DNA of 64,000 nucleotides from the human T2T-CHM13v2.0 reference genome, Homo sapiens: NCBI RefSeq assembly GCF_009914755.1, contig NC_060936.1; one strand, written 5' to 3'. The position numbers and the translations under genes are program-made. The notes under the pieces are model-generated. The model worked only from the letters and a program-made list of their open reading frames with translations. It searched no databases and was not told where the DNA came from. This document shows, piece after piece, positions 1 through 23,007 of the stretch (position 1 is the first letter of the stretch; the number at the start of each line of letters is the position of its first letter).

Positions 1-201
<201 letters not shown>

Positions 202-306
202 CTAAATAAATAAATTAATTAAAATAGTATGTCCAAGCAAGGTCTCTTACAGCTGATAAGTAACAAAATGAAAATGCAAACTTGTCTATCTGGCTTTAGT
301 GTTTGA

Positions 307-615
<309 letters not shown>

Positions 616-1397
616 TGAGACTGGCCTATTATTATTATTTTTTTGAATAAACCGCTCAACATCCCTTAACCATTATTTTACATATTTTGTGTAACAGAGA
701 AAGCTTTCTATATGGAATTAAATTGTGCAGTACAGTATTGTGTCAGGGTGAGGAACACAGGCTCTAGAGTCCCTCTGTCCCCTTACAGGATAATGGTGAC
801 TCGGAATGCCTGCTCACTCTGGGGCTGGGCCTTCCCACAGGGCCCTACCTGGATGATCATCTAGAACTAACAATTCCCCATCCTTGGATTTCCTCAACTC
901 TAGGTGCTTCAATCTGGAAGACCTCCATGGTGTCTTTAGATGGATAGTTCCCACTGGGCTCTGTGATGCCAGTCCAGTCGACCTGATAGTTCTTTTTCAG
1001 TGTGAGGCAAAAACTTGTCCCTAGAGCCTTCCTGCATTCATCTGATCTTCTCCCCTCCTTTTCTTATCTAATAAGAGCAGGAGATCCATTTTAGGGACCA
1101 TGTGTGGCCTGAATTCTAATTCTAATTCATTCTAATAAAGAATGTGTTTTTAGAAGAACTGTCTAGAGGACTGCAGCATTTCACATTCTTCAAGGCTTGG
1201 TTCAGTGCCTTGGAGCCATATTGTCTCAACATCTTCATTTCAGAAGAAAATCTTGGCTTTCCCTTTGCATAATCAAAAAATCCATTGCATTGGTATTCTT
1301 AGCACAAAGAAACATTTAATACATATTTTTTTTTTCCATTTTAAAATGCATTTCTTCTTACATACACACTGAGCACAAAACATGAAATAGTCACTTG

Positions 1398-1938
<541 letters not shown>

Positions 1939-2611
1939 GGAGAGGAGTTCTTAAAGAGCAATGTGCCTGTAATCCCAGCTCCTCTGAAGGCTGACATGGG
2001 AGGATCACTTGAGCCCAGGAAGTTGAGGCTGCAGTGAGCCATGATCGTGCCACTGCACTCCAGCCTTGGCAACACAGACAGATCTGTCTCAAAATAAATA
2101 AATAAATAAATAATAAAAGCAATATGTCATCAGTGTAACTTCAATGAAGCATAGTTCATCCTTGTGTCACCTGGCATCATCTTGCTGGATTTCTCAAATC
2201 ATATAAATGAAGGAAGTCATTTGCTCAGTGACATGTGCTAACACAACTTTCGTTAAATGGGGGAGTATTGCACGCGCCCTCAAACACAAAACTTGCTAGA
2301 AATTATGTTCACCATCTAACACAGGGCAGGCTATAGTAGGATCCAATCTTTTCAGAAGATTGGATATATCCGGATTGCCTACAAAAAAAGGCACAAAGCA
2401 GGTTGCAGGAATAGCACAGTTTTCTCATTACAGTGTTTGTGGTTAGCTTTTCATTTCTGAGATGATTACCTAAAGGATCTTTATTGAAATCTGTAGATGA
2501 CTGGTTTAGTTACAACAAGTGAGAAGCCTTACGATCTGACTTTAAATGGTAATTATTAGAAAAATAGGATTTAAAAATCTTGACTTGTATTGCTAAATGA
2601 ACTGAGAACAT

Positions 2612-2835
2612 CTATAATAATAACTAACATTTTAAAGTTATGACTATGTGCCAGGCTGTGTTCTGGGTATTATATTTGTATTAACTCATTTATTCTTCAC
2701 CACAACTTTCAGAGATAGATATTATAATTAATCCCATTTTACAGATGACAAAATTGAGGCACAAAAAGTTTAATTAAGTTGCCAAATGTCACCAAGTAAA
2801 TAATAAAGCCAGAGTTCAAACCCAAGCAGCCTAAA
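2612..2835 (-). mobile_element. MIR SINE
   Basis: CCCATTTTACAGATGAcAAAaTTGAGGCAC core, TATGTGCCAGG and TTCAAACCCA motifs. Confidence 0.85.
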
Positions 2836-3339
2836 TTCTAATCCTTCTAATCCTAATTAAGGCCTTCTGGCATAATTTTTTATGCTAAATATAGATTTAA
2901 ACTTACATTTAGATTTTTCTAGTGATTTTGTAAAGCAGATCATATATGGTCCACTAGTTCAGCATTTTTCCAAACTTGTTGACCATCCATCTATTGTTAA
3001 AAGTATACTTTGCATTCATATTATAACAAAATAATATTTACTCTTACTGTACACAATACACTCTATTTTTTAAATTCGATTTCACTTTTTAAAAGTTGGT
3101 CACAACTCGCTAAAAGAAAGAAAGAAAGAAAAAAAAAAAGAAAGAGAGAGAGGCCGGGTGTGGTGGCTCACGCCGGTAATTCTAGCACTTTGGGAGGCCG
3201 AGGTGGGCAGATCACGAGGTCATGAATCACGAGTCATGAGATCGAGACCATCTTGGCCAACATGGTGAAACCCTGTCTCTACTAAAAATACAAAAATTAG
3301 CTGGGCATGCTGGTGCGTGCCTGTAGTCCCAGCTATTCA

Positions 3340-3441
<102 letters not shown>

Positions 3442-3602
3442 TCAAAAAGAAAAAAAAAAGAAAGAGAAGGAAGGAAGGAAAGAAGGAAGGAAGGAAGGGA
3501 AAGAAAAAGAAAGAAAGAAAGAAACTCATACCTGTAATCCCAGCACTTTGGGAGGCCGAGGTAGGCAGACCATGAGGTCAGGAGTTCGAGCAAGTCTGAT
3601 CA

Positions 3603-3782
<180 letters not shown>

Positions 3783-3831
3783 TCAATTAAAAAAAAAAAA
3801 AAAAAACCAAAGGAACAACAACGAAAAACTA

Positions 3832-4188
<357 letters not shown>

Positions 4189-5216
4189 TCAGTTAATAAT
4201 AATATATCAATGTTGGCTCATTATTTGGGGAAAATATATCATACTAATGTAAGATACTAATAACAGGTTAAACTGGATATATGGAATTTCTATGTATCTT
4301 TGCAATTTTTCTGTAAATCAAAAACTATTCTACAACAAAGAAATTTATTTTAAAAAACTATTTTCTACTAAAAAGAATCAGGTCTTTAAAAAAAAAAACT
4401 CAGAGCTTCTAGAAGATAATGAATCAGGGGTTTTTGGAGAAATGGCTAATTCCTGGTCTGAAGCATAAAATGTGCACAATGTGCCTGGTACATCTTGTTA
4501 TGCCAGAAAGCAAAGAAGTTATCCAAAAAATTAATGGGATTGTCAAAAGGCTACAGGAGCCAACATGAAGCTATTATTGGCCCCAAACAAGACACTATAC
4601 GCATTGAAAAGAACCATTACTGCAATTGAAAGTGACACACTGATCATATTTTTCAGATCATGAATTCATAATGAGATTTTTAAAGACAGAAAACAAAAAA
4701 CATTCATTTGTCACTATATTCTGAAAATTGGCAATTTAAAGGGAAGAAATTAAGCTTTATCTTCTCTTTTCCATATTAACTATGTTTCAGGCAACCAAAT
4801 AGCACTTCTTTACAAAATCATTTTAGCTAATAAATGTAGAAAAAAGTACAGAATTCGAAAATTGCCACTTCGCACCCCTTAATAGCAAATAATTGACTCA
4901 GGTAAAGGTCATCAAAGGATGATACCATTACAAGCAAGTTGAGGCATTTTACAATGAAGGCACCAGTCCGTCACACCTTGAATCTGCTAATGAGTCTCGG
5001 CATCTCTAACAGCTGGAGAACCGGAAACTGTGTGCCTCCTCGTGTGATGCAGTGTGAAGCGCACGGCACGGCCTGTGAGATAGACCCTTGAATCCGGATC
5101 TGATGAAGGCTTCGAGCTACCTTCTTACAGGTAATATGGAGAATAGAGGGGCAAGTTAAATAAACCACCAAGAAGCAAATGAGCAAATTCCGAATGTGGG
5201 CCATTTTAAAGAGAAC

Positions 5217-6865
<1,649 letters not shown>

Positions 6866-7062
6866 ACAACTGACCCAGTTTATTCAACAGGACAATGGCA
6901 TGGGGATTTAAAAAAAATGGAAGAGGAATGGCTTCAGATTAAAAGACAAGAAGCCGGGCTTGACGGCTCACGCCTGTAATCCCAGCACTTTGGGAGGCCA
7001 AGGTGGGCAAATCACTTGAGGTCAGGAGTTTGAGACCAGCCTGGGCAACATGGTGAAACCTA

Positions 7063-7309
<247 letters not shown>

Positions 7310-7593
7310 TCAAACAAACCAATTACAAAATAATTTATTTTGAGGTAATCAGGGAAATTTGAATATGGACCAAGAAATTGTTAATTTATTAGGTATGACA
7401 ATTACATTGAGGCTATGTAAGAAAATGTCCATATTTGTAAGAGATAGGTACTCAAGTATGTAGGGTGAAATGACATGAAGTCTGATTTAAAACAATAATA
7501 ATAGTAATAACGAGAGACAGGTTATATTATTCTCTCTACTTTTGAATGTGTTTGAAAGTATTAATAAAGTTTGAGGCCAGGCACAGTGGATCA

Positions 7594-7863
<270 letters not shown>

Positions 7864-7887
7864 TTAATTAATTAATTAATTAATTTA

Positions 7888-8307
<420 letters not shown>

Positions 8308-8318
8308 TCAGGAGTTCA

Positions 8319-8703
<385 letters not shown>

Positions 8704-8829
8704 TAGCCAGGGTGGTCTCGATCTCCTGACCTCGTGATCTGCCCACCTTGGCCTCCCAAAGTGCTGGGATTACAGGCGTGAGTCACCGCGCCCGGTCGCA
8801 AGACTCCATTTTGGCAGACTCCACAGCCA

Positions 8830-8962
8830 GTGTTGTGGACACTGTGATGCACTGCCCCGATCCCCCTGTACTAAGGGGCTTGTTGTCCCTGCTACTGGAG
8901 AGTTGTTGGCAGATGCCTGCAGCTGTCGGCCCCTGCAGAGACTTCATCAGCTTCAGGGAGTT
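8830..8962 (+). mobile_element. LTR16-like fragment
   Basis: TGTGGACACTGTGATGCACTGCCCCGATCCCCC..GAGAGTTGTTGGCAGATG resembles LTR16 5' end. Confidence 0.5.
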
Positions 8963-9273
8963 GTAATCAAGTTAAAATGAGATCATTAGAGTGGGCCCCA
9001 ATCCACTATGACTGTTGTCCTCATAAAGAGAGGAAAGTTGAACAGAGATACAGACCTGCACAGAAGGCAGACAGACACAGGGAGAAGGTGGCCATGGAGA
9101 AGCCAAGGAGAGAGGACTGGAACAGATCCTTCCTGCACGGCGCTGGGAACAAACCAGTCCTGCCAACACCTTGCTTTTGGACTTCTAGGCTTCAGGACTG
9201 AGACAACAAATTTCTGTTGTTTAAGGCACCCAGTTTGTGGTACTTTGTTCTAGCAGCCATAGCAAACTAATAC
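8963..9273 (+). mobile_element. MLT1 (MLT1B/C-like) MaLR LTR
   Basis: AAGTTAAAATGAGATCATTAG..AATCC..ATGACTG..GTCCT..; ends TTTAAG.CACCCAGTTTGTGGTACTTTGTT..AGCAGCC..AGCAAACTAATACA. Confidence 0.85.
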
Positions 9274-11762
9274 AGATGGCCAGAAAACTAAACAGTTTTG
9301 TCCAATTATGCACACATATGTACCAAAACCATCAAGAAAAGCAAGAGAATAAGCACTGATTCTTCCATGTGGGAGGAAAGGGCTGCTGTCCGGGCGGGAG
9401 CATGCGGAGCTCCATCAAGAGTCCTGCATCACGATGTGGTTCCTGACGCTCCAGTTCTTGAGGGGGTGGGAAGTTCATGGACATTGGTCCTATAATTATG
9501 ATTTTAATTTTTACATTATATATATATATATAATGTATATATTTGTAAATATATATACATATATATATTTATTTATATATACATAAATAAATATATGTAT
9601 ATATTTAGAGACGGGGTCTCTCTCTGTTGCCCAGCAGGAATGCAGTGGCACAGTCATGGCTCACTGCAGCCTTTGACCTCCTAGGCTCAAGCACTCCTCT
9701 AGCCTCAGCCTCCCAAAATGCTGAGATTACAGGTGTGAGCCATCACACCTGGCTTATAATTTTTTTAAAATGTAGAAAACTCATCTGAATTGTGGGAATA
9801 TCCACAAAGTTCTCTTGCAGAGTTTGGCATTACGAGAGAGGGGAAGTATAGACAAACACGAGAATCTATTTCCTTTTATAGGGACCAGAGTTCAGACGGG
9901 AGACTCTTTCTGGTAATATTCATATCTAGTCCTTCTGGGCCTCTTTGATGGCCCGTGGGATGTAAGAGGCAAAAAATTCGTACTTCAATTTTTAATGCCC
10001 CAGGAAACAAGTTGCTTATATGAACTCAATGATGAATCAGCTGAAGTGACTCATTTATGTAATTTTGAGAATGGATTCAGCCGATTTCTTTAATTCCAAC
10101 ATTGACTGCAGTAGAAAATAAATGTGCTTGACCTCATTCTACAGCTTGCTGGAAAATAGGATTAATGTTTACCTCAGAACAGTCATATGAGGCCTGATGT
10201 TTCAGAGATTTCTGATGAGTGGTGTTTAAGAAATCCAACCTGTTTGGACTGCAATCAAGGTTAACTATTTTCTTCTTTGGCTAAATAGGAAATCTATTTT
10301 GCTGGGTTTTTTTTGTTTGGTTGGTTTATTTTTGAGACGGAGTTTTGCTCTGTCACCCAGGCTGGAGTGCAGTGGCGACATCTCAGCTTGCTGGAGCCTT
10401 GACCTCCTGGGCTCAAGGGATCCTCCCACCTTTGCCTCCAAGGTAGCTGGGACTATAGGCTCACGCCACCACGCCTGGCTAATTCTTTTTCTTTTTTTTT
10501 TTTGAGACAGAGTCTCGCTCTGTCGCCCAGGCTGCAGTGCAGTGGTGCGATCTCGGCTCACTGCAACCTCCACCTCCGGGGTTCAAGCAATTCTCTGCCT
10601 CAGCCTCCCAAATAGCTGGGATTACAGGCACCCGCCACCAGGCCTGGCTAATTTTTTTGTATTTTTTAGTAGAGACAGGGTTTCACCATCTTGGCCAGGC
10701 TGGTCTTGAACTCCTGACCTCGTTCCACCTGCCTCAGCCTCCCAAAGTGCTGGGATTACAGGCATGAGCCACTTTGCCTGGCCTAATTTTTGTATTTTTA
10801 GTAGAGACAGGGTTTTGCTATGTTGCCCAGGCTGGTCTCGAACTCCTAGGCTCAAGCGATCCGCCCACCTCAGTCAGTCTCCCAAAGTGCTGAGATTACA
10901 GGCGTGAGCCACCACGACTAGCCTTGTTCTTCTTTTAGTGTTGGTCTTGTGGCTGGTACTCTCCTAGGGGCCAATATCCTGGCCCTCTTGTCTTTTGGTG
11001 ATAGTTATTAGAGTTCCTGAAGCCATGTCCAGGCAGGTCACTGCCCCCACCCCTTGAGCAGTTGCTGTTCTGGGGAGGGTATGCCTTCCCTGCTGCTCAA
11101 AGAATCAACCCTTCCTTCCTCAGCTAACACTTTCTATACAAGAGGATTACTTAGGGCTGGGCAGCTTCAAAAGGCAATTAGCATAAAGTGGGAAAGCAGT
11201 CCAGTCTCAGAACCTGGCAACTAAAGGGACTGTAACTCAAATTACACATCTAAATGTTGGGAGTAGGAAACAATGAAAGGGAGCAATTGCTTAGTGGACA
11301 TTTTAAAACTATACTCCTAAAGCAGCAACCCTGTCTTTTTTAACACAAAGTAAAGGACATGGTTAAAAAGCTCTTCTCAGAAAGCAGGTGGGATTGAAGA
11401 GATTTATTTATGACTTACTGGAAGCACAAAGAGAAGCTTTTATTGTTGATAGCTAGGCTGGGTAAGTGCCAGGAGACACATCCCAGGGGAGCTGTGCTGC
11501 CAAGCACTGACACACAGAGAGCTGACCCAGTCCTTTTTTATGCTGACTGCTTGCTAAGAAATGATAGCAGAGGACCGCATGGAAAGACCCAATGTGGTTT
11601 AGAACAATTATGGAGACTTTAGAGTGATCCTGATTTTAAGGGACCATTTGAAGGGAAATAGAGAAACAGTATATTCATCAGATTTGTGCAGAAGTACTGT
11701 TGAATTTGTTTAGGGAAACTGCCTTGAAATCACTCTACGTGACCATACATTCAGTGTTATCA

Positions 11763-12112
<350 letters not shown>

Positions 12113-14100
12113 CTACAGATTTAAATTCAAGCTTTCAGCAAATGCCTACCAGAGACCCCAGGTTAAAAAATGTAAGGAGCACATTATTGTAACCAATATA
12201 TTTAGACTTAGAAAGATTTTTCAGATTCTGAGCTGAAAGTCAGAGGGAGAGAGGGACAGGGTGTGCATACAGGGGGGAGAGAAGGAAAAGAAGGAGAAAG
12301 AGTGATTTTTGAGGGAAATAGTAACCTAAAGCCCAAAACAACGCACAGATTTTGTTAGACTCAACAGAGTCATGAAATGCCAGTGTGGAAAGAGCTTGAG
12401 AGATGGCATCCCTGTCCCTCACTGGTCATCCTACTGACGAGGAGCCTAGACCAGAAAGTGGAGTGACCATGCCAAAGAGGCAGAGCCAGGTGGTGGCGGA
12501 ACCACGCTGGAAGCCAGGTATGCTCATTCTTCTCATGACACCCCTGGCCTCCGTGACCTCGCATCCCACCTGGCCTGATGACTGTGGCCCTTTGTCTTTT
12601 GTCCTTCACTTTAAGAGGTTGTGGCCAAAGGGCCCATAAAGCAGGTGGGATTGTAATTTATGCAAATGCCTTCTGGTCTCCAGGTCTTGTATCTTCACAT
12701 CCTAAGACAATCAATTCCATTTTCCAAAAAGCTCTTATTTTTTAATCTTTCATTTGGAAAATATGATATTTAAATGTAACAGGGGAGAAATATTCCCGTA
12801 GAATTTCTTTTCAGAACAATTCACATTCTACAATCTTTTTTTTTTTCTTTTTTTTTGAGATGGAGTCTTATTCAGCCGCCCAGGCTGGAGTGTAGTAGTG
12901 CAATCTCGGCTCACTGCAACCACCATCACCTGGGTTCAAGCAATTCTCCCGTCTCCTGAGTAGCTGGGATTACAGGCACCCACCATCATGCCTGGCTAAT
13001 TTTTTGTATTTTAATAGACATGGGGTTTCACCATGCTTGCCAGGCTGGTCTTGAACTCCCAACCTCAGGTGATTCGCCCACCTTGGCCTCCTAAAGTGCT
13101 AGGATTACAGGTGTCAGCCAATGCACCTGGCCTCTACAATCTTTTACGTTGGTGTAGATCCCACATACCTCCCATGGCCATGCAGATAGTGTCAGCTTCT
13201 GCAGTCTCATATTCCTCCCTGACAACAATAATTTGTTTTCTCCATAGAAACTTGAGCAATAAGGATTTTGCCAGGATGCAGTCCAGGGACCATGTGGGAC
13301 TCAAAGCTTAGGTCTTCCAGATAAGCTGGTTGATGCCAGTTAGTTTGTAGAGTAGGGGGAGGGGCAAGCATGGTAATTGGTAGAATATAAAATATAATAA
13401 TACTGTGCGTCTAGAGTATGGCCTTAGGTCTTTAATTACCTTCTTCTCTCCTTTATTTTTGTCTTGCACTCTGCTAGACATCTTGTTGCCTCAACTGCCA
13501 ACAGGCCAGTACAGTAATTTATGTTTGTTTATTTGAGGCACATGCATTCAAAAACAGAAAACTACATAAAAGAGGATTTTTGGTTTTTTTGAGACAGGGT
13601 CTCGCTCTGTCACTCAGGCTGGAGTGCAGTGATGTAGTCATAGCTCACTGTAACCTCAGACTCCTGGGCTCAAGTGATCCTCCAGTGTCAGCCTCCAGAG
13701 TATCTAGGATTGCAGGCGTGTGCCACCATACTTGGTTAATTTTTTTTATTTTTATTTTTTGTAGAGATGGGATTTCACTATATTGCCCAGGCTGACCTCA
13801 AACTCCTGGTCTCAAGCCATCCTCCTGCCTCACATTTTGCTTTCTAATGCTCATTCCTGGTGTCTTTATGAAGTGAGAGAGACAATCCTCTTGATTCCTC
13901 ACCTGGGCTCCAGGAGGCAGGTGAAGACATGGGGGCAATGGTGAAATGCACCTCAAAAATTGGGAAGTAAAATTGTCCTAATAAACATTTAAAAATTATT
14001 ATTATTGGCTAGACACGGTGGCTTACGCCTGTAATCCCAGCACTTTGGGAGGCCGAGACAGGCGGATCACGAGGTCAGGAGATCAAGACCATCCTGGTTA

Positions 14101-14316
<216 letters not shown>

Positions 14317-14477
14317 TTATTATTATCTGTACAAATACACCTCTTTTTCCTCAACCAAAGAGTTTCTGATTCTCTTAGGCATCTAAAAGAGATTTATATG
14401 CAACCTATTAAATCAGCAAAAATTAATTGTTAAGCATCCACTCAGTGTTTGATGACATGTAAGCAATGTGGGAGATA

Positions 14478-15380
<903 letters not shown>

Positions 15381-15512
15381 AAGTAGAAATTGGCCGGGCG
15401 CGGTGGCTCACGCCTGTAATCCCAGCACTTTGGGAGGCCGAGGCGGGTGGATCACCTGAGGTTGGGAGTTTGTGACCAGCCTGACCAACATGGAGAAACC
15501 CTGTCGCTACTA

Positions 15513-15730
<218 letters not shown>

Positions 15731-16272
15731 CTAGTTGAGGGAAACGTGACTAACACACATGAAAGCAACAGTAGATTATGTAAGATGAGCATATATAATT
15801 AAGTGCTAAATTGAATGCTTCAGAAGTTCAGAGGGCACAAGAAGGCGTGGAACAGGCAAGCAGCCTTTCATGAGGAATAACCTTGAAGTTGAGCCTTAAA
15901 TGGTCCCTGAGATGAGCGTAGGGAATGCACTGCTGCAGGTGAGGTGGTGGCAAAAGCGTTACAAGCAGGAGTGAGCAAGACTTTGTCCTGGAGGATGGAG
16001 CAGCCAGCCTGACCACAGCTGGGTGGAGCCAATGGGAAGGGCTGGACCAACTAGGAAGGCCTTTAAAGCAAGGCAGAGTTTAGGCTTGGTGCATTAGTAA
16101 CCAGAGAGTCGTAAAAGGCCCTCCATCAATAAAGCAATATTATAACAGATGTTTAAGGAAGACACGTTTGGCAGGAGGATCTATCTTTCTTATTAAAATT
16201 GTAGATGACAGCCAGGCGTGGTGGCTTACGCCTGTAATCCCAGCACTTTGGGAGGCCATGGCGGGCAGATCA

Positions 16273-16575
<303 letters not shown>

Positions 16576-17333
16576 TTATTTTGTTTGATCTTTAGGCTTT
16601 ATTTCACATTAGCAAGTTCTGCCAAATCTTCCTCCTTAATATTTTTCCAATTTGTTTATTTCTCTACATTTCCCTTGCCATTACTTCAGTTCAGCCACAA
16701 TCCTAGGGGTGAGGGGAGGTGTCAGAGAAACCTTCCTGGAAAAGATGACATTTTTCCAGAGTCCTGAATATTTAGCAAGAATTAGCCAGGTACCAAGGGA
16801 AGGGCTTGAAGGGGGAATGGAAGTGAGGAGATGGGAAAAAGAAGAGGGGAAGGATCAAATAATGGGCAGAAGAAAGCAAAAGCAAACAAACAAAATAAAA
16901 TATAGACTTTGATGCTATAATAAGGAAAATTAAATGTGGCATTAACTTAGTGAAAAGGGTCACTGGTGGGTGGTGCAGGCCCAAAGAATCCAGACTAGAA
17001 CACTGATGACGCCTTGCTGTGTGGTATCAAAACATTTGGTTGAAATGTCACTTCTTGTACCCTGGAGGGCAGACCACTCCCAGTGAAATGGAAAGGAAAG
17101 GCCCTTGAAGAGGTGACATGCAGTCAGGGCCCTGAACACACAGGTTGAATGGAAGGAACCATGTTGGCAAAGGCACAGAGTCTGGTGGTGCAGGGAGGAG
17201 AATCCTGACTTCCAGGGTTGAGCTCTGGGCAGATTAAACTGTTGATGGGGGTGCAGAGAGCAGGGAAATGGACCCAAGTAGGGAGAACTAAGTTAGGGAG
17301 AGGGCCCAGCTGAAGACTGCTCACCTACTTTAG

Positions 17334-17489
<156 letters not shown>

Positions 17490-17706
17490 TAGCTGCGTGT
17501 ACAGGTGTGCACCACCCTGCCTGGTTAATTTTTGTATTTTTTGTAGAGATGGGGTTTCACCACATTGTCCAAGCTAGTCTTGAACTCCTGAGCTTAAGTG
17601 AGCCACTTGCCTCTACCTCCCAAAATGCTGGGATTACAGGTGTGAGCCACTGTGCCTGGCCAAAATTTTTAATTCTCTTTCAAAATCCAGTAAGAAATAG
17701 CACTAG

Positions 17707-18306
17707 ATTTTTAAATAGCTTTGTTGAGGTAAAAATCACATACTATAGCGATTCACCTATTGAAAGTACACAATTCGCCGGGTGCGGTGGCTCATGCCTG
17801 TAATCCCAGCACTTTGGGAGGCCGAGGCACGTGGAGCACAAGGTCAGGAGATCAAGACCATCCTGGCTAACACGGTGAAACCCCGTCTCTACTAAAAAGT
17901 ACAAAAAATTAGCCAGGCGTGGTGGCAGATGCCTGTAGTCCCAGCTACTCGGGAGGCTGAGGCAGGAGAATGGTGTGTGTGAACCCGGGAGGTGGAGCTT
18001 GCAGTGAGCTGAGATCGCGCCACTGCACTCCAGCCTGGGCGACAGAGCAAGACTCCCTCTCAAAAAAAAAAAAAAAGAAAGAAAGAAAGTACACAATTCA
18101 ACTATTTTTAGTATATTCAGAGAGTTTCACAGACATCATCAAAATCAATTTCACCACTCCCAAAAGAAATCCTGTATCCATTTCTATCCCTTCCTCCTAG
18201 CTCCTGGTAATTACTAATCTACTTCTGTCACTAAGGACTTGCCTGTTTTGGACATTTTATATAAATGGAATCATACAATATGTGATCTTTTGTGACTGGC
18301 TTCTTT
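17707..18306 (-). mobile_element. L1MB-type 3' end containing an AluY (from 17777)
   Basis: AGCTTTGTTGAGGTA..ACTAATCTACTTCTGT..TTGCCTGTTTTGGACATTTTATATAAATGGAATCATACAATATGTG; 15-bp TSD GAAAGTACACAATTC either side of the AluY. Confidence 0.85.
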
Positions 18307-18452
18307 AATAAATGCTAGATTTTGCAAGTCCATAATATTGTTATTAAATAACCAATGGTTAAACTACATATTTGCAAATATATTAGGAAGAAATAATAGT
18401 AAATATTTGGAAAACAGTGGGGCAGGATGCTAGTATAAGAATAAAGACTCTA

Positions 18453-18767
<315 letters not shown>

Positions 18768-18894
18768 CTAGGAAGTTTGCTTTCCTTAATGCTTCCCACT
18801 TTACAGAGGACAAAAATAACTGAAAATAAGGAACAAGCTATGTGAATAAATAGCATGTATGTGGTGTACTGCTAAGCACTGAAATCTGACAGAT

Positions 18895-18900
<6 letters not shown>

Positions 18901-18963
<63 letters not shown>
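18901..18963. repeat. Compound microsatellite (AG)13(TG)8(AG)10
   Basis: Read directly. Confidence 0.95.
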
Positions 18964-18965
<2 letters not shown>

Positions 18966-19484
18966 GCTTGGCTTTTTAGCCCACTTCCTCATGGACAGCT
19001 GGTCAAATTCCTAACTCGTGAGACTGCTTGGATAGATGTGGTTGAGTTTTATATAACCGAATAACACTTACTGAAAGCTTTGAACAAGATGGGAAGAGAT
19101 ACATTCTTTAAAAAGAGTCTTGAGCTCCCTCCCTAACTTTCACTTACATGGGAAACGCAGACATTTTGATCCTTCTCCTTGAGTACTAGCAATCCATTGT
19201 TCCTATACCTTGTTATCGGTCTTTAGCTGCCAAACATCTCAAAACAGGGGACAGGGAGCGAAGCTTGGCCTCCACCAAAAAAATAGGCCGGCCTCGTGGC
19301 TCACGCTTGTAATTCTAGCACTTTGGGAGGTCAAGGCAGGAGGATCGCTTGAGCTCAACAGTTTGAAATCAGCCTGAACAAAATAGTAAGACCTTGTCTC
19401 TACAAAAAAAAAAAAAAAAAAAGCCAGGCATGATGGTGCATGCCTACAGCTCCAGCCACTCAGGAGGCTGAGGCAGGAGGATCA

Positions 19485-19619
<135 letters not shown>

Positions 19620-19689
19620 TCACAGGTGTAAATGAATTAACACTCACCATTACCAAATACACAGTTTCCAAACTAGCAGGGAGAGTTGC

Positions 19690-20130
19690 TGATTAGAGAG
19701 GAGCTCTGCTCCCATCCCCGGGACTCTCTCTCTCCAGTTTTCTGGGTTTTCCTCCATGTATTAGCTTCATTCTCAAACAGGCTTATCCCTTTGGTGTCAA
19801 AATGGCTACAGCAGCCCTGTCACCAATTAATTAACTCCATGTCCAGCAGGAAGACAGAGAGAGAGAGAAACTCTTCTTCCAGTAACTCTGGAGAAAGTCC
19901 CTAGATTTAATCTGATTAGGAAGGCTTAGAGCACATGCTTACCTCAAACCAATTAGCTAGGATGGACTGGCTGATTTAGGCCTAAATCTTGTCCTTCACC
20001 CTGGAGCTAGAGGTTGGGGAAGCCCTAATCAGATCGCAAAGACCAAAAGCAGAGAATTCCCTGAAAAAAATCAGGCCTATTGTCAGAGTACAGGAAGAGA
20101 AACTGGGGTGACAAGAAACAATGTCCATTG
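19690..20130. mobile_element. Old MLT1-type LTR relic
   Basis: AAAATGGCT.CAGCAGC..GTCCAGCAGGAAGA..TCTGATT..CACATGC..CCTCAAACCAAT resembles old MLT1 elements. Confidence 0.45.
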
Positions 20131-20312
20131 CAATTCAGTAGGACTAGAGTGAGGATATTACACAAGAAACCATATAACATAGCATATAAAAATGCAGTTA
20201 AAGAAGAGAAGAAAGAAAGGCCAGCCTGGGTAACACAGCAAGACCCTGTCACTACAAAAAATAAAAAAAAAATCTGGATGCGGTGACAGGTGCCTGTAGT
20301 CCCAGCTACTCA

Positions 20313-20450
<138 letters not shown>

Positions 20451-21006
20451 CTAGGGCTATATGCTGTGGTAGGTGTATTTTACATAAATATGTAAAAGAA
20501 ATAAGTCTCAGTCTTTGGGAAATTTATACTCTGATGAGGGAGGCAGACATATAAACAAATCAAATAGGCTAAGTGTCAGAGCATGGGTGCTGCAGAGGCC
20601 CAGACAAGGCACCGACAGCTCTGCCTGAGAGCTCAGGAAAGGTTTCCTAGAATACATGGCCCCTGAGCTGAATCCTTCCCACCTGTCCTCCAAACTATCT
20701 TCCATGCTGCCATCAGAGCCACCTTTCTTTCTATTTTTTTTTTTAAGGAGGGATCTTACTCTGTTGCCAAGGCTGGAGTGCAGTGTCACGCTCATGGTTC
20801 ACCGTAGCCTCAACCTCCTGGGCTCAAGTGATCTTCCCACCTTAGCATCTGAGTAGCTGGGACTACAGGTGCACCATGCCCACCTAATTAAAAAACAATT
20901 TTTGTAGAGATGGAGTCTTACTGTATTGCCCAGGGTGATCTCAAACTCCTGGGCTCAAGTGATCCTCCTGCCTCAGCTTCCCAAAGCACTGGGATGGCAG
21001 GCATGA

Positions 21007-21276
<270 letters not shown>

Positions 21277-21365
21277 TAGAACTCTTCCGTGGTTCCCAGG
21301 AGCTACCAATAGAAAATCCAGCTTTCTCCCTTTGTCACACAGTGTTTCCATTGACCTCTACCTAA

Positions 21366-21704
<339 letters not shown>

Positions 21705-22395
21705 TAGTAGAGACAGGGTTTCACCCAGGCTGGTCTCGAACTCCTAACCTTGTGATCCACCTGCCTTGGCCTCCCAAAGTGCTGGGATTACAAGCATGAG
21801 CCACTGTGCCCAGCGAAGAATCACTTCCTTCGACATTTTTCTGATTCCTTGAACCTCAACCAAGGAAAACAGTATTTCCTCCTCCCACCAAGGCCCCACA
21901 GTGCTCCCCTGCATGTTAGGTGTTGACACTGCTGCCTCCTTGAGGCTGTGTCTTACTCAATGGAGTAGCCTTATCAGCCCACAGGGGCTTAGCAAATAAT
22001 GAGCTTTTAATAAATGCTTTTGAGCAGTTGAATGAACTGTACTTGAATGGGTTTATATTACAACCCGGTAAACACTAAGTTTGTTCCAAGGAGAACTTCC
22101 TACCGGTTGCTCCTGCTCACAGCTCTTGAGGCCACGGGCGTGGCCAGAGCTGGGTCAGGGACAGGGCCACTCCTATGTAAGAGCAGGGCCCAGGCCTCCA
22201 GCCTGTTGAGGTCCATCCTGTTCTTCTATGACAGTTGTGTGGCATTTGGTGACTCAGGTTCTAGTACAAGACCACTGAGTTCCCAGTAAACTCAGTAAAT
22301 TCAGCATTTCTAAACATATAGTCCTTTGACTGGGCGTGGGGGGTCATGCCTGTAATCCCAACACTTTGGGAGGCTGAGGTGGGCAGATCACCTTA

Positions 22396-23007
<612 letters not shown>

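Noticed and set aside
2955-3115. Possible hAT/Charlie MER fragment
   Set aside because: The CAG..TTTCCAAACT start is suggestive but too degenerate to name without a search
22047-22289. 80-aa ATG ORF in unique sequence
   Set aside because: No convincing splice donor or homology; contains an AP-1 site and could simply be enhancer DNA
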